The notes under the pieces: model-generated | Told to the model about the DNA's origin: nothing | The model's database searches: none | The model's input: only the letters and a program-made list of their open reading frames with translations | Translations under genes and position numbers: made by a program | Shown here: one piece after another, positions 1 through 7,606 of the stretch | Layout of the letters: the number at the start of each line of letters is the position of its first letter | Numbering within the stretch: position 1 is the stretch's first letter | From: Fidelibacterota bacterium | Lineage (GTDB): Bacteria; Fidelibacterota; UBA2242 | Direction: 5' to 3' | Assembly (NCBI GenBank): GCA_003527965.1 | Contig: DPVY01000263.1 | Location: forward strand, 1-33,530 | DNA: 33,530 nt

Positions 1-50
1 TGGGAACGAGCGTGGTGTAGGGGTTTGGGAATGAGTGTGGCATAGATCAA
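1..50. repeat. Two adjacent ~25-nt degenerate direct repeats (TGGGAAY-GAG-YGTGG-nn-TAG), possibly the end of a longer array cut by the window edge
   Basis: Unit 1-25 TGGGAACGAGCGTGGTGTAGGGGTT and unit 26-50 TGGGAATGAGTGTGGCATAGATCAA match at 16 of the first 20 positions (hand alignment). The same TGGGAAT-RAG core recurs at 407-485. Confidence 0.5.
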
Positions 51-53
51 CCC

Positions 54-122
54 AACCTTCAGAAGGTTATATCAAGCATCCTGACCAGTCTGTAAATCTT
101 CTATTAAACCTTCTGAAGGCTT
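54..122. repeat. Pair of near-palindromic 13-15-nt sites (AACCTTCAGAAGGTT and AACCTTCTGAAGG) that are also exact reverse complements of each other
   Basis: CCTTCAGAAGGTT at 56-68 is the exact reverse complement of AACCTTCTGAAGG at 107-119. Each site is itself palindromic around its central base, and the centres are 53 nt apart. Confidence 0.6.
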
Positions 123-389
123 CTGACTTTACCACTCGGCTGGTGCCGCCTTAAGTCAAGGGCTGGCAAACCTGCGGCTGAAAAATATCAAATAGTTTGC
201 ACCGGACACCGCATTTATCCGCCAAGCGCTCCGTCCCCGGAGAACCTGGCAATACCCTCTGATAAGTTATACAAGCCATGATGACGTTTGATTGTAATGA
301 GTAATTTCAATATTTGCAACTACAATTTGTGCCGGTGATATTTTGAAGAAGATAGAGAAAAAAATATAATAATTGACCTCATTGTAAAC

Positions 390-485
390 ATTCCCAAGCT
401 GGGACTTGGGAATAAGCAAGGTTCCGGGGTTTTGGAGGTAAGCAAGGTTCCGTGGGGCTTGGGAATGAAAAGAAAAGTGAGTCGC
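390..485. repeat. Hairpin followed by three tandem ~26-nt degenerate units with a TGGGAAT/TGGAGGT-AAG-CAAGGTTCCG core
   Basis: ATTCCCAAG (390-398) and CTTGGGAAT (405-413) form a perfect 9-bp inverted repeat with loop CTGGGA. TAAGCAAGGTTCCG occurs identically at 413-426 and 439-452, a 26-nt offset. A third TTGGGAATGA unit starts at 459. Confidence 0.6.
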
Positions 486-619
486 GAAGCTGTGTTGTAC
501 TTGTGTCTCCGCTCCCGCGGTGACACAGTCATTTTACCCACGATACTAAAGTCTCTGATTATAGAAATAATCCTAAATTAAGGTAAAGACTATCTGAAAA
601 TTTCCCGGATATTTCAGTT

Positions 620-647
620 GCGTCGGGATCTCACTCCTGACGCTTTT
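620..647 (+). terminator. Candidate intrinsic terminator closing the ORF-free upstream region
   Basis: GCGTCGGG (620-627) pairs with CCTGACGC (636-643) as an 8-bp stem with one G-U pair and an 8-nt loop. TTTT follows at 644-647. Confidence 0.45.
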
Positions 648-678
648 ATCAAATCTTAATCATACCAACAAATCGCGT

Positions 679-746
679 TATACCTGTCAGGTTTAAAAGA
701 TTCTTCTGCTTCGGATATGATTATTTGAATAAACCTGACAGGTATA
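679..746. repeat. Perfect 17-bp inverted repeat (TATACCTGTCAGGTTTA / TAAACCTGACAGGTATA) separated by 34 nt
   Basis: The arms at 679-695 and 730-746 are exact reverse complements. I saw only one copy in this window, and there is no U-tract after it. Confidence 0.7.
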
Positions 747-819
747 GAGATCCAGTTGCCCCGTTAGTCTATCATTACACTTCCGCATGACGCCAAAAAA
801 CATTAAGAATAACTTGTAA

Positions 820-847
820 TTGAACGAAATATTTTTAAAACTATATT
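820..847 (+). promoter_or_regulatory. Candidate sigma70-type promoter for phoH
   Basis: TTGAAC (820-825), a 16-nt spacer, then TATATT (842-847). GGAGAGG Shine-Dalgarno at 861-867 and ATG at 872. Confidence 0.35.
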
Positions 848-871
848 CCAGTTTTTTAACGGAGAGGTGTA

Positions 872-1822
872 ATGATTAAAAAAGAGATTGAAATCAAAGG
901 TGTGGACCCGCTTCTAGTGTTTGGCGTAAATGATTCACTCTTAAAAATATTAACAGAAAGTTTTCCACTGAAAATCGTCGCCCGGGGAAATAAAATTATT
1001 CTCTCCGGCGAAGAGCCTTTCACTGAACAGGTCAACCGCATTATTAATGAAATGCTTCTGACCATTAACCGGAAAGGATTTCTGAATGATGAGGATTTAA
1101 AGGCTTTGATTAATGTGGAGCTTAACGGCAAAAAACCCAATCTGAAAGAAGCGCCGGATACAATCATATTATATAAAAAAAGCGGTGTGATCAAACCCCG
1201 CTCCCTAAACCAGGAACGCTATTATAAATCCACGTTGAAAAACGATATCGTTTTTGGTATCGGACCCGCTGGTACCGGCAAGACTTATCTCGCCGTCGCC
1301 ATCGCGTTGGCGGCGCTGCGCAATCATGAAGTAAAGCGAATAGTCCTGACCCGCCCGGCTGTGGAAGCGGGAGAAAGCCTTGGCTTTTTGCCGGGAGATT
1401 TAAGAGAGAAAATCGAACCCTATCTGGCGCCGCTATACGACGCTCTGCATGATATGTTGCCAGCCGAAAAATTAAAGGCTTTTACGGATCAACATATTAT
1501 TGAGATTCTGCCCCTGGCATATATGCGCGGTCGAACGCTTAACAGCTCCTATGTTATTCTCGATGAGGCTCAAAACACAAGCAGCATGCAGATGAAAATG
1601 TTTCTGACTCGTCTGGGCGCCAATTCAAAAGCAATTATCACCGGCGATATTACCCAAATTGACATTCCGGACAAAAAGAGTTCCGGACTGATCGAGGCAA
1701 AAAATATTTTAAACCATATCGACGGGATCGATTTTATCTATTTTGATCCCAGCGATGTCGTTCGCCATCGCCTGGTAAAAGACATAATCAAGGCTTATAA
1801 CGGGGGAAGAGAAGAGGGGTAA
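872..1822 (+). CDS. phoH: PhoH-like ATPase (PhoH/YbeZ family)
   Basis: 316 aa with Walker A GPAGTGKT and Walker B ILDEAQN. The C-terminal PhoH-type region reads ITGDITQIDIP. A strong SD precedes the ATG. Confidence 0.93.
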   Translation: MIKKEIEIKGVDPLLVFGVNDSLLKILTESFPLKIVARGNKIILSGEEPFTEQVNRIINEMLLTINRKGFLNDEDLKALINVELNGKKPNLKEAPDTIILYKKSGVIKPRSLNQERYYKSTLKNDIVFGIGPAGTGKTYLAVAIALAALRNHEVKRIVLTRPAVEAGESLGFLPGDLREKIEPYLAPLYDALHDMLPAEKLKAFTDQHIIEILPLAYMRGRTLNSSYVILDEAQNTSSMQMKMFLTRLGANSKAIITGDITQIDIPDKKSSGLIEAKNILNHIDGIDFIYFDPSDVVRHRLVKDIIKAYNGGREEG

Positions 1823-1857
1823 CAAACACGGCTTATACTGTTTCTAATCTATTTCAA

Positions 1858-3615
1858 TTGACAGCGGCTTTACGGGTTCAATCGTTGCGCTATTTATGGC
1901 TTCTTTTCTTAATAATGTTTTTATCAACCGCTGTTTTTCCACAGATTGAAACCGATTCGACGGAAATTCCACTAAAAGTCTGGCTATATCTGGATGAATC
2001 AAGACTATCTGCAGACAACACTCAACCAATAATACTTCCCGAGAAAACTCTGAACCGGCTCAATAAAAAGGGGCATTATTCAGATAATCTCCTTTCGAAT
2101 TCAGAACCGTCGGCATCGATTTATGACCAGATTTCGCCCCACACATACAAAATAAACTATTACTCCCGGTCCTTATGCGCCTATTCCGCCGTTGTTTATC
2201 CTTCTCAAATCCAAGCGCTGAAACAATTGCCGATTATCCGTCAAATTCAGGAAATCAGAACCTTTAAGAAAAAGCCGGTTATTAAAACAGCGGAATCTTT
2301 AAAAATATTGAACAAATCTACTGCGGATCAACCTTTCTATGGAAACACCTATGCGCAGCTCGCTCAGCTTAATATCCCCGCGGTTCACGATTCCGGATAT
2401 ACGGGTCGCGATGTCAGGATTGCGATTATCGACGCCGGATTCTATAAAGATCATACCGCTTTTCAACATATCATTGACAGCGGGCGTTTAATTGCCGAGC
2501 GGGATTTTATTTTCAACGATAATAATGTCCAGGATGAAATACGCGAAGACACAACCTCCGCCGGCGCCCAGGCAAATCATGGAACTTCCGTATGGAGCGT
2601 TATCGGCGGATATGAGCCCTATGTTTATATCGGAGCCGCTTATAATGCCGAATTTTTACTTGCTAAAACCGAAAGAATCGGTTCGGAGAGTATTATTGAA
2701 GAAGATCGCTTTGTTGCGGCGGTTGAATGGGCGGAAGCCGGGGGCGCGGATATTATTAGCTCGTCAGTCGCATACCGTGACTTTGACAACCAAGCCGAAG
2801 ATTATTTTTTCAGGGATCTTGATGGTAAAACAAGCAACTCCGCCAAAGCGATAAACTGGGCTTTTGAACGCGGCGTCCTGTCGGTAATAGCTGCCGGCAA
2901 TGACGCGCAGCGTTTTCCGCAGGATGGCGGCCTGCTGACGCCATCCGACGCGTACGGCGCACTGACCGTTGGAGCGGTAGATCGCAACGGACAGATCGCC
3001 GGATTCAGTTCCCACGGTCCAACCGCCGATGGACGCATAAAACCGGATTTGTGCGCTCTGGGCGTCTATACTTATATTGCTTTCTCGTCTTCCGCAAGTC
3101 TGTATGGAACTCGGAGCGGGACATCTTTTGCGACCCCGCTGATCGCCGGCGCAGCCGCCCTGGTAATGGAGAAATTTCCCGATTTGCCTCCGGCGCAAAT
3201 CATTGAGCGGCTTAAAAAATATGCCTCCCTGTCCGATTCACCGGATAATCGGTATGGCTGGGGAATTCCGAATACCTTCCGGTCCCTATTTGAAAAAGAT
3301 TCCTCTTTTACACCGAATTTTTATACTGAAGAGACTATCTCCGCATTCCCGAATCCTGCTCTTCAGGAAGTCACTTTTTTCTTCCAATGGACAAACATAA
3401 TTCCATCCGCAGCTCCGACGACTTTCTTTGTCTATAACTCTATCGGTCAAACCGTCTGGAAATATACTCTTATCCCTAAAATTGTGGGATTGAATGAACA
3501 AATTGTCTGGAGCCTGCAAAATCTGCAAGGAAAAGGGGTTTCGTCCGGAGTCTACTTTTTATCCGTCAAAGACGGCGACAAATTCCTTCGCGGGAAACTG
3601 CTTGTATTACGCTAA
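1858..3615 (+). CDS. Secreted subtilisin-like serine protease (peptidase S8) with a T9SS-type C-terminal sorting domain
   Basis: Catalytic triad motifs IAIIDAGF (Asp), NHGTSVWS (His) and SGTSFATPLIAG (Ser). N-terminal signal peptide from a TTG start. The C-terminal ~80 aa (AFPNPA...GVYFLSV...GKLLVLR) look like a Por/T9SS CTD. Confidence 0.88.
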   Translation: MTAALRVQSLRYLWLLFLIMFLSTAVFPQIETDSTEIPLKVWLYLDESRLSADNTQPIILPEKTLNRLNKKGHYSDNLLSNSEPSASIYDQISPHTYKINYYSRSLCAYSAVVYPSQIQALKQLPIIRQIQEIRTFKKKPVIKTAESLKILNKSTADQPFYGNTYAQLAQLNIPAVHDSGYTGRDVRIAIIDAGFYKDHTAFQHIIDSGRLIAERDFIFNDNNVQDEIREDTTSAGAQANHGTSVWSVIGGYEPYVYIGAAYNAEFLLAKTERIGSESIIEEDRFVAAVEWAEAGGADIISSSVAYRDFDNQAEDYFFRDLDGKTSNSAKAINWAFERGVLSVIAAGNDAQRFPQDGGLLTPSDAYGALTVGAVDRNGQIAGFSSHGPTADGRIKPDLCALGVYTYIAFSSSASLYGTRSGTSFATPLIAGAAALVMEKFPDLPPAQIIERLKKYASLSDSPDNRYGWGIPNTFRSLFEKDSSFTPNFYTEETISAFPNPALQEVTFFFQWTNIIPSAAPTTFFVYNSIGQTVWKYTLIPKIVGLNEQIVWSLQNLQGKGVSSGVYFLSVKDGDKFLRGKLLVLR

Positions 3616-3621
3616 TTTCTA

Positions 3622-3652
3622 TTGACAACCTTATGAGCCCTCTACAGTCTAA
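3622..3652 (+). promoter_or_regulatory. Candidate ECF-type (autoregulated) promoter upstream of the sigma factor gene
   Basis: AAC (3627-3629), a 17-nt spacer, then GTCTAA (3647-3652), which resembles the ECF -35 AAC / -10 (C)GTC pattern. It overlaps TTGACA (3622-3627) with a short 15-nt spacer to TACAGT. Confidence 0.3.
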
Positions 3653-3668
3653 ACAAAGAGATTGATTT

Positions 3669-4223
3669 ATGGAACAACAAGAAATAGAAATAATTGAAAA
3701 AATAAAAAATGGTGACGGGATGGCCTTCCAGAAGATAATGAGCAAGTATGGAGAGCGAGTCATGGGGTTGGCCTTTCACTTCACTAAAAACCATCAGGAT
3801 GCCGAGGATCTTTATCAGGAAACCTTCATAAAGGTTTATCGGAATATCGATTCTTTTCGGTTTGAAAGCGAATTCTTCACCTGGGTATACCGCATATTGA
3901 CCAACCATGCCTTCAATTATTTCCGCAAATCCAAAAGAATGTCGATCGTTGATCCCGGGGAAAATGATTACCTGTGGGAAACCCTGCCCGCCGACGAAAG
4001 CTGCGAAGCCGACCAGGCAACTCTGAACTCATCGCTCCGGGAGGAAATAGACCGGGCTCTTCTGCAATTATCCCCGCAACAGCGAGTCGTATTTATCCTG
4101 AAGCACTATGAAGGAAAAAAAATCAAAGACATCGCCTTAATTCTGGATTGCACAGAGGGAACCGTTAAACGCTATCTATTCCGGGCAACACGCAAACTAC
4201 AAACAATCCTTGTAAAGGCCTAA
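3669..4223 (+). CDS. ECF-subfamily RNA polymerase sigma-70 factor
   Basis: 184 aa. Region 2 reads DAEDLYQETFIKVYRNIDSFR. Region 4 HTH reads LSPQQRVVFILKHYEGKKIKDIALILDCTEGTVKRYLFRATRKL. Confidence 0.92.
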   Translation: MEQQEIEIIEKIKNGDGMAFQKIMSKYGERVMGLAFHFTKNHQDAEDLYQETFIKVYRNIDSFRFESEFFTWVYRILTNHAFNYFRKSKRMSIVDPGENDYLWETLPADESCEADQATLNSSLREEIDRALLQLSPQQRVVFILKHYEGKKIKDIALILDCTEGTVKRYLFRATRKLQTILVKA

Positions 4224-4224
4224 A

Positions 4225-5280
4225 ATGGAGAAAACCATGAAACAGCATAAGCCCTATGAAGACATGCTTTTGCTTTACTTCTATGACGAACTAAATTCCG
4301 TTGATCGCGATATATTCACTCGCCATCTCGAGACCTGTTCCCGATGCAGGAACGAATTAGCCGGTTTGAATGCCATGAAAACGGCGTTCCGGCAGACGCC
4401 CAAAACAGTGCCGACACCGGCATTGATTGACCGTCTAAACAGGCAGGTCATGGCTAAAATTCAGAAATCCGGGCGCACCAAAATCAGTAAAAATATCCTG
4501 AATTGGGTTAATGACATTCAGGAATTCCTGGCCGGTGGATTAGCGCGTCCGCGCTACCAGTTAGTTGCGATAGGTATTACGTTTATTCTTGGCGTGTTTG
4601 TAGGAAAATTATGGTTAAGCAGCGGGCTCCGTAACGACCCTGATATGCTGGCGAATTTCGTGAGTTATCAGGCATCTCTGACGGAAACTGAAAAAGAGGG
4701 CGTCCAAAAATCCCTGACAAATTATCTGTTGCACTCCGGCAGTGTTGAAGTTGCCGATCTTATTCAAGAGACTCCGACGGAAAATGAAGACGGTATCATT
4801 AATGTAAATATAACAGTGGCAAAGGATTTGTCCCTGAGGGGCGGTCTGGACGATCCAACGATACAGAACATGTTGCGCTATGCTGCTTTGCACGACCGGG
4901 ATAAATCGCGAAGATTACACGCCGTAAAGCTTTTGTCAAAAACCCCACAAAATTCCGAAAATGAATCAACAATGATTGCCGTTCTACTGAAAGACAGTGC
5001 AGAGGAACTCCGCGTCAAAGCTATGGAAGTATTACGGACATATAAAATCAACAATCAGATACTCGATACCTATAAAACCATTGCGCTGCGTGACACCAGC
5101 CAGACTATACGAATGATTGCCCTTGAAGAGCTGTATAATAACGCCGATGAAAATGTGATTCCCATAATGGCATTGATCGTTGCCAATGACAATAATGAAG
5201 ATTTACGGGATTTAGCCCAAAAATATTTAGATGCTCTATGCGAAGCTCAATCACAGACAAACAACAAACAGGTAGAGTAA
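4225..5280 (+). CDS. Single-pass anti-sigma factor with a zf-HC2 (ZAS) motif and a HEAT-like repeat C-terminal domain
   Basis: It starts 1 nt after the sigma stop codon. H-x3-C-x2-C motif (HLETCSRC). One TM helix (YQLVAIGITFILGVFVGKLWL). The C-terminal part has repeats of the type RRLHAVKLL / ELRVKAMEVL / TIRMIALEEL. Confidence 0.8.
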   Translation: MEKTMKQHKPYEDMLLLYFYDELNSVDRDIFTRHLETCSRCRNELAGLNAMKTAFRQTPKTVPTPALIDRLNRQVMAKIQKSGRTKISKNILNWVNDIQEFLAGGLARPRYQLVAIGITFILGVFVGKLWLSSGLRNDPDMLANFVSYQASLTETEKEGVQKSLTNYLLHSGSVEVADLIQETPTENEDGIINVNITVAKDLSLRGGLDDPTIQNMLRYAALHDRDKSRRLHAVKLLSKTPQNSENESTMIAVLLKDSAEELRVKAMEVLRTYKINNQILDTYKTIALRDTSQTIRMIALEELYNNADENVIPIMALIVANDNNEDLRDLAQKYLDALCEAQSQTNNKQVE

Positions 5281-6629
5281 TGAAAATAAAATATTTTGGC
5301 TTAGTTTTTATTTTAACAGTCAGTGTTTTCACCTTTGCCGAAAAATTCCAATACGACGGCAGGCGTTATCACGGAGAAATCCGAAAAGAATACAGCATTT
5401 CCGATAATGGCGGATTAATTATGAAAAACATCCGCGGTGACGTAAAAATCGTCGGTGAAGCCCGTGATAACATCCTTGTCGCTGAGCGTTATAGCATCAG
5501 CGCCTACTCTGAATCAAGCGCAAAAAAAATATTCCGGGATAAACGGGCAAAATACATCCTAAAGGGTAAAACCCTGTTGATTGAAGGTTCCTCCGATTCC
5601 CGGCGCTACCGCAGTGATTTTACTATCCGGATTCCGTCAAAATTCAACCTTGATATCAGCGCCAGCGGCGGCGATATCGTTGCCGAAACCGTTACGGGGG
5701 TCGTTGACATTAATACCTCCGGCGGAGATGTTGATGTGATCGAAATTACCGGTAAATTGAATATTCACACCTCGGGCGGCGACATCAGCGCAATTAAATG
5801 TCGCAAAGATATTACCGTAAACACGTCGGGCGGTGACATTATTATGAAGAAGATCATCGGCAATCTTTATGCGAAGACTTCCGGCGGTGACATTACAATA
5901 GATGATCTGAATGGTGACGGAAAAGTCAAGACTTCCGGCGGCGACATTTACTTAACCCGTATTAAGGGTAAGCGCTTAGAGGCAAGTACGTCGGGCGGTG
6001 ATATTGACGCAGACTTTATTGACATAAACGTCAGCCTGAGCACATCGGGTGGCGATATCAATGTCGGTAAGACCAAATCCGATGTTCATCTGCGCACGTC
6101 GGGCGGCGATATAGAGATCGACGAAGTTGGCGGTAGTTTAGATGCCAGCAACTCGGGTGGCGATATCTATGTAAAACTTGTCAAAGGAGCCTGTAACCTG
6201 CATACGTCGGGCGGCGACATTGAAATTGACGCTGCTTTGCATAATGTCAAAGCGACAACCTCGGGCGGCGACATTTTGTTGTCAGCGGCAGCCGGCTCAA
6301 TATATGCTCATACTTCCGGTGGCGATGTTGAAGTTCGGAAGGTTCTTCATAAAGCTTTCAAAGATAATTCTATCGATTTAGCAAGTTCCGGCGGCAATAT
6401 TCGCATTTATCTGCCCGACAACATAAAGGCTGATATATTTTCCCGCATCACAGTCCACAATAAATGGGATAAAAATCAGATCCGCTCTGATTTTCCCCTC
6501 GACATTACCAAAGAGATCAAAGGATCTAAATTGATCATAACCGGAAAAGGGCGTATCAACGGGGGTGGCGATCCGGTAAATCTCAAAACCAGCTCCGGTA
6601 ATATAATAATTAGCAGATTGCTGCAATAG
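5280..6629 (+). CDS. Secreted DUF4097-like (LiaG/toastrack-type) beta-solenoid repeat protein
   Basis: The preferred start is ATG 5280, giving MKIKYFGLVFILTVSVFTFA (a signal peptide). It overlaps the anti-sigma stop as TAATG. There are 13 SGGD and 1 SGGN motifs, almost all exactly 18 residues apart. Confidence 0.85.
   Translation: MKIKYFGLVFILTVSVFTFAEKFQYDGRRYHGEIRKEYSISDNGGLIMKNIRGDVKIVGEARDNILVAERYSISAYSESSAKKIFRDKRAKYILKGKTLLIEGSSDSRRYRSDFTIRIPSKFNLDISASGGDIVAETVTGVVDINTSGGDVDVIEITGKLNIHTSGGDISAIKCRKDITVNTSGGDIIMKKIIGNLYAKTSGGDITIDDLNGDGKVKTSGGDIYLTRIKGKRLEASTSGGDIDADFIDINVSLSTSGGDINVGKTKSDVHLRTSGGDIEIDEVGGSLDASNSGGDIYVKLVKGACNLHTSGGDIEIDAALHNVKATTSGGDILLSAAAGSIYAHTSGGDVEVRKVLHKAFKDNSIDLASSGGNIRIYLPDNIKADIFSRITVHNKWDKNQIRSDFPLDITKEIKGSKLIITGKGRINGGGDPVNLKTSSGNIIISRLLQ
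5661..6400 (+). repeat. In-frame 54-nt periodic coding repeat (about 13-14 units) inside the DUF4097-like gene
   Basis: A recurrent AC(N)TC(N)GG(N)GG(Y)GA(Y)AT, encoding T-S-G-G-D-I/V, appears every 54 nt. One interval is 57 nt and the last is 72 nt. Confidence 0.85.
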
Positions 6630-6642
6630 AAATGGAAAACAA

Positions 6643-7548
6643 ATGATTTACAAGTGCAAGATGGTAAGTGTAAAAATTTTTATGATGAGTATTATTAGCA
6701 TCTGGTTAAGCTTGTTCCTGACAATCGCTTATGCAGAAGATATTGTTACCGAACAACACAATATCCCCTATCAAGGCGAAGAAGAGTTGGATGTCGGTAT
6801 TGAATTCAGCCTGGGAAAATTAGAGATCAAAAGCTGTCAAGATGATAATTACATTATGCAATCCGAAATTACCTATTCAAAAGAGCTGTATAAGCCGTCG
6901 GTTCAATATAAGACTGTTGGCAACAGAGGCAAGCTTCGCCTGGAGTCCAAACAGCAGGGAAAAAGTCATCATTGGGGCGGCTCTAAAAAAACATCTTCCG
7001 CCCTGAAAAACAACCACTGGCGCATAGCCCTGATCGAAACGGTCCCAATATCATTCAACATTGAAATGGGGCTGGGCAAAGGACTTTTGGACTTTAGCGG
7101 TTTACGGGTAAATGACCTGAATCTGAACTGCGGATTGAGTGATGTGGTCGTGGACTTCAATAAAAGCAACAAGGAAAAAATCAGGCGCTTATCTATTGAA
7201 ACCGGACTGGGGAACGTTGAAGCAAGCGGGCTCGGTTATGCCAATCTGGAACGATTTGATGTCGAGTGCGGTTTGGGCTCAACGACCCTGCGTTTTGACG
7301 GCGATCTGAATAGAGATATCAAGGGCCGGATCACGGTAGGACTCGGTTCCGTAAATGTAGAAATCCCTGAAGATTATGCCGTCCAGGTTGAGGCGGAAAG
7401 TTCCTTTTTATCCTCCCTGAATTTTAACGGTTTCAGAAGGATTGACGAGGACGTATATCGCAGTAAAAACTGGAAAAATGCCGAACACCGTATTTTTATG
7501 ATTGTGGAAATCGGTTTAGGCAGCGTGGATATTGACTGGATAAGATAA
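6643..7548 (+). CDS. LiaF-C/DUF2154-like toastrack protein with an N-terminal signal or anchor
   Basis: 301 aa with a hydrophobic N-terminus (IFMMSIISIWLSLFLTIAYA). Repeated rungs: IEMGLGKG, LNCGLSDV, IETGLGNV, VECGLGST, ITVGLGSV, VEIGLGSV. Confidence 0.7.
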   Translation: MIYKCKMVSVKIFMMSIISIWLSLFLTIAYAEDIVTEQHNIPYQGEEELDVGIEFSLGKLEIKSCQDDNYIMQSEITYSKELYKPSVQYKTVGNRGKLRLESKQQGKSHHWGGSKKTSSALKNNHWRIALIETVPISFNIEMGLGKGLLDFSGLRVNDLNLNCGLSDVVVDFNKSNKEKIRRLSIETGLGNVEASGLGYANLERFDVECGLGSTTLRFDGDLNRDIKGRITVGLGSVNVEIPEDYAVQVEAESSFLSSLNFNGFRRIDEDVYRSKNWKNAEHRIFMIVEIGLGSVDIDWIR

Positions 7549-7570
7549 TATAGATAGATTGTTTAAGTGA

Positions 7571-7606
7571 AAACGCAGTTCGATTGATCGGGCTGCGTTT
7601 TTTATT
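7571..7606. terminator. Bidirectional intrinsic terminator between convergent genes
   Basis: AAACGCAG (7571-7578) pairs with CTGCGTTT (7593-7600). It is followed by TTTTTATT on the + strand and TTTTCAC on the - strand. Confidence 0.75.

Noticed and set aside
390-485. CRISPR array interpretation of the ~26-nt repeats (also 1-50)
   Set aside because: The units abut each other with no spacers. Only two or three degenerate copies exist per cluster, and no cas genes are in the window.
320-541. 73-aa ORF on the - strand in the 5' non-coding region
   Set aside because: It runs straight through the tandem repeat units and hairpins. The composition is low-complexity (PSPSLG, SLSSS), there is no SD, and it has no recognisable fold motif. 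It is most likely a chance ORF.
679-746. MITE or insertion-sequence call for the 17-bp inverted repeat
   Set aside because: The element would be only 68 bp, flanking direct repeats are not evident, and no second copy occurs in the window. It is reported as an unexplained inverted repeat instead.
1-870. Chromosomal or plasmid replication origin
   Set aside because: I saw only one weak DnaA-box-like site (TTATCCGCC near 214-222). There is no dnaA, dnaN or rep gene nearby. The iteron idea is kept only as an alternative within a finding.
5238-5279. Upstream start (5238) for the DUF4097-like gene
   Set aside because: The extension lies inside the anti-sigma gene. The ATG at 5280 gives a proper signal peptide and a TAATG coupling overlap.
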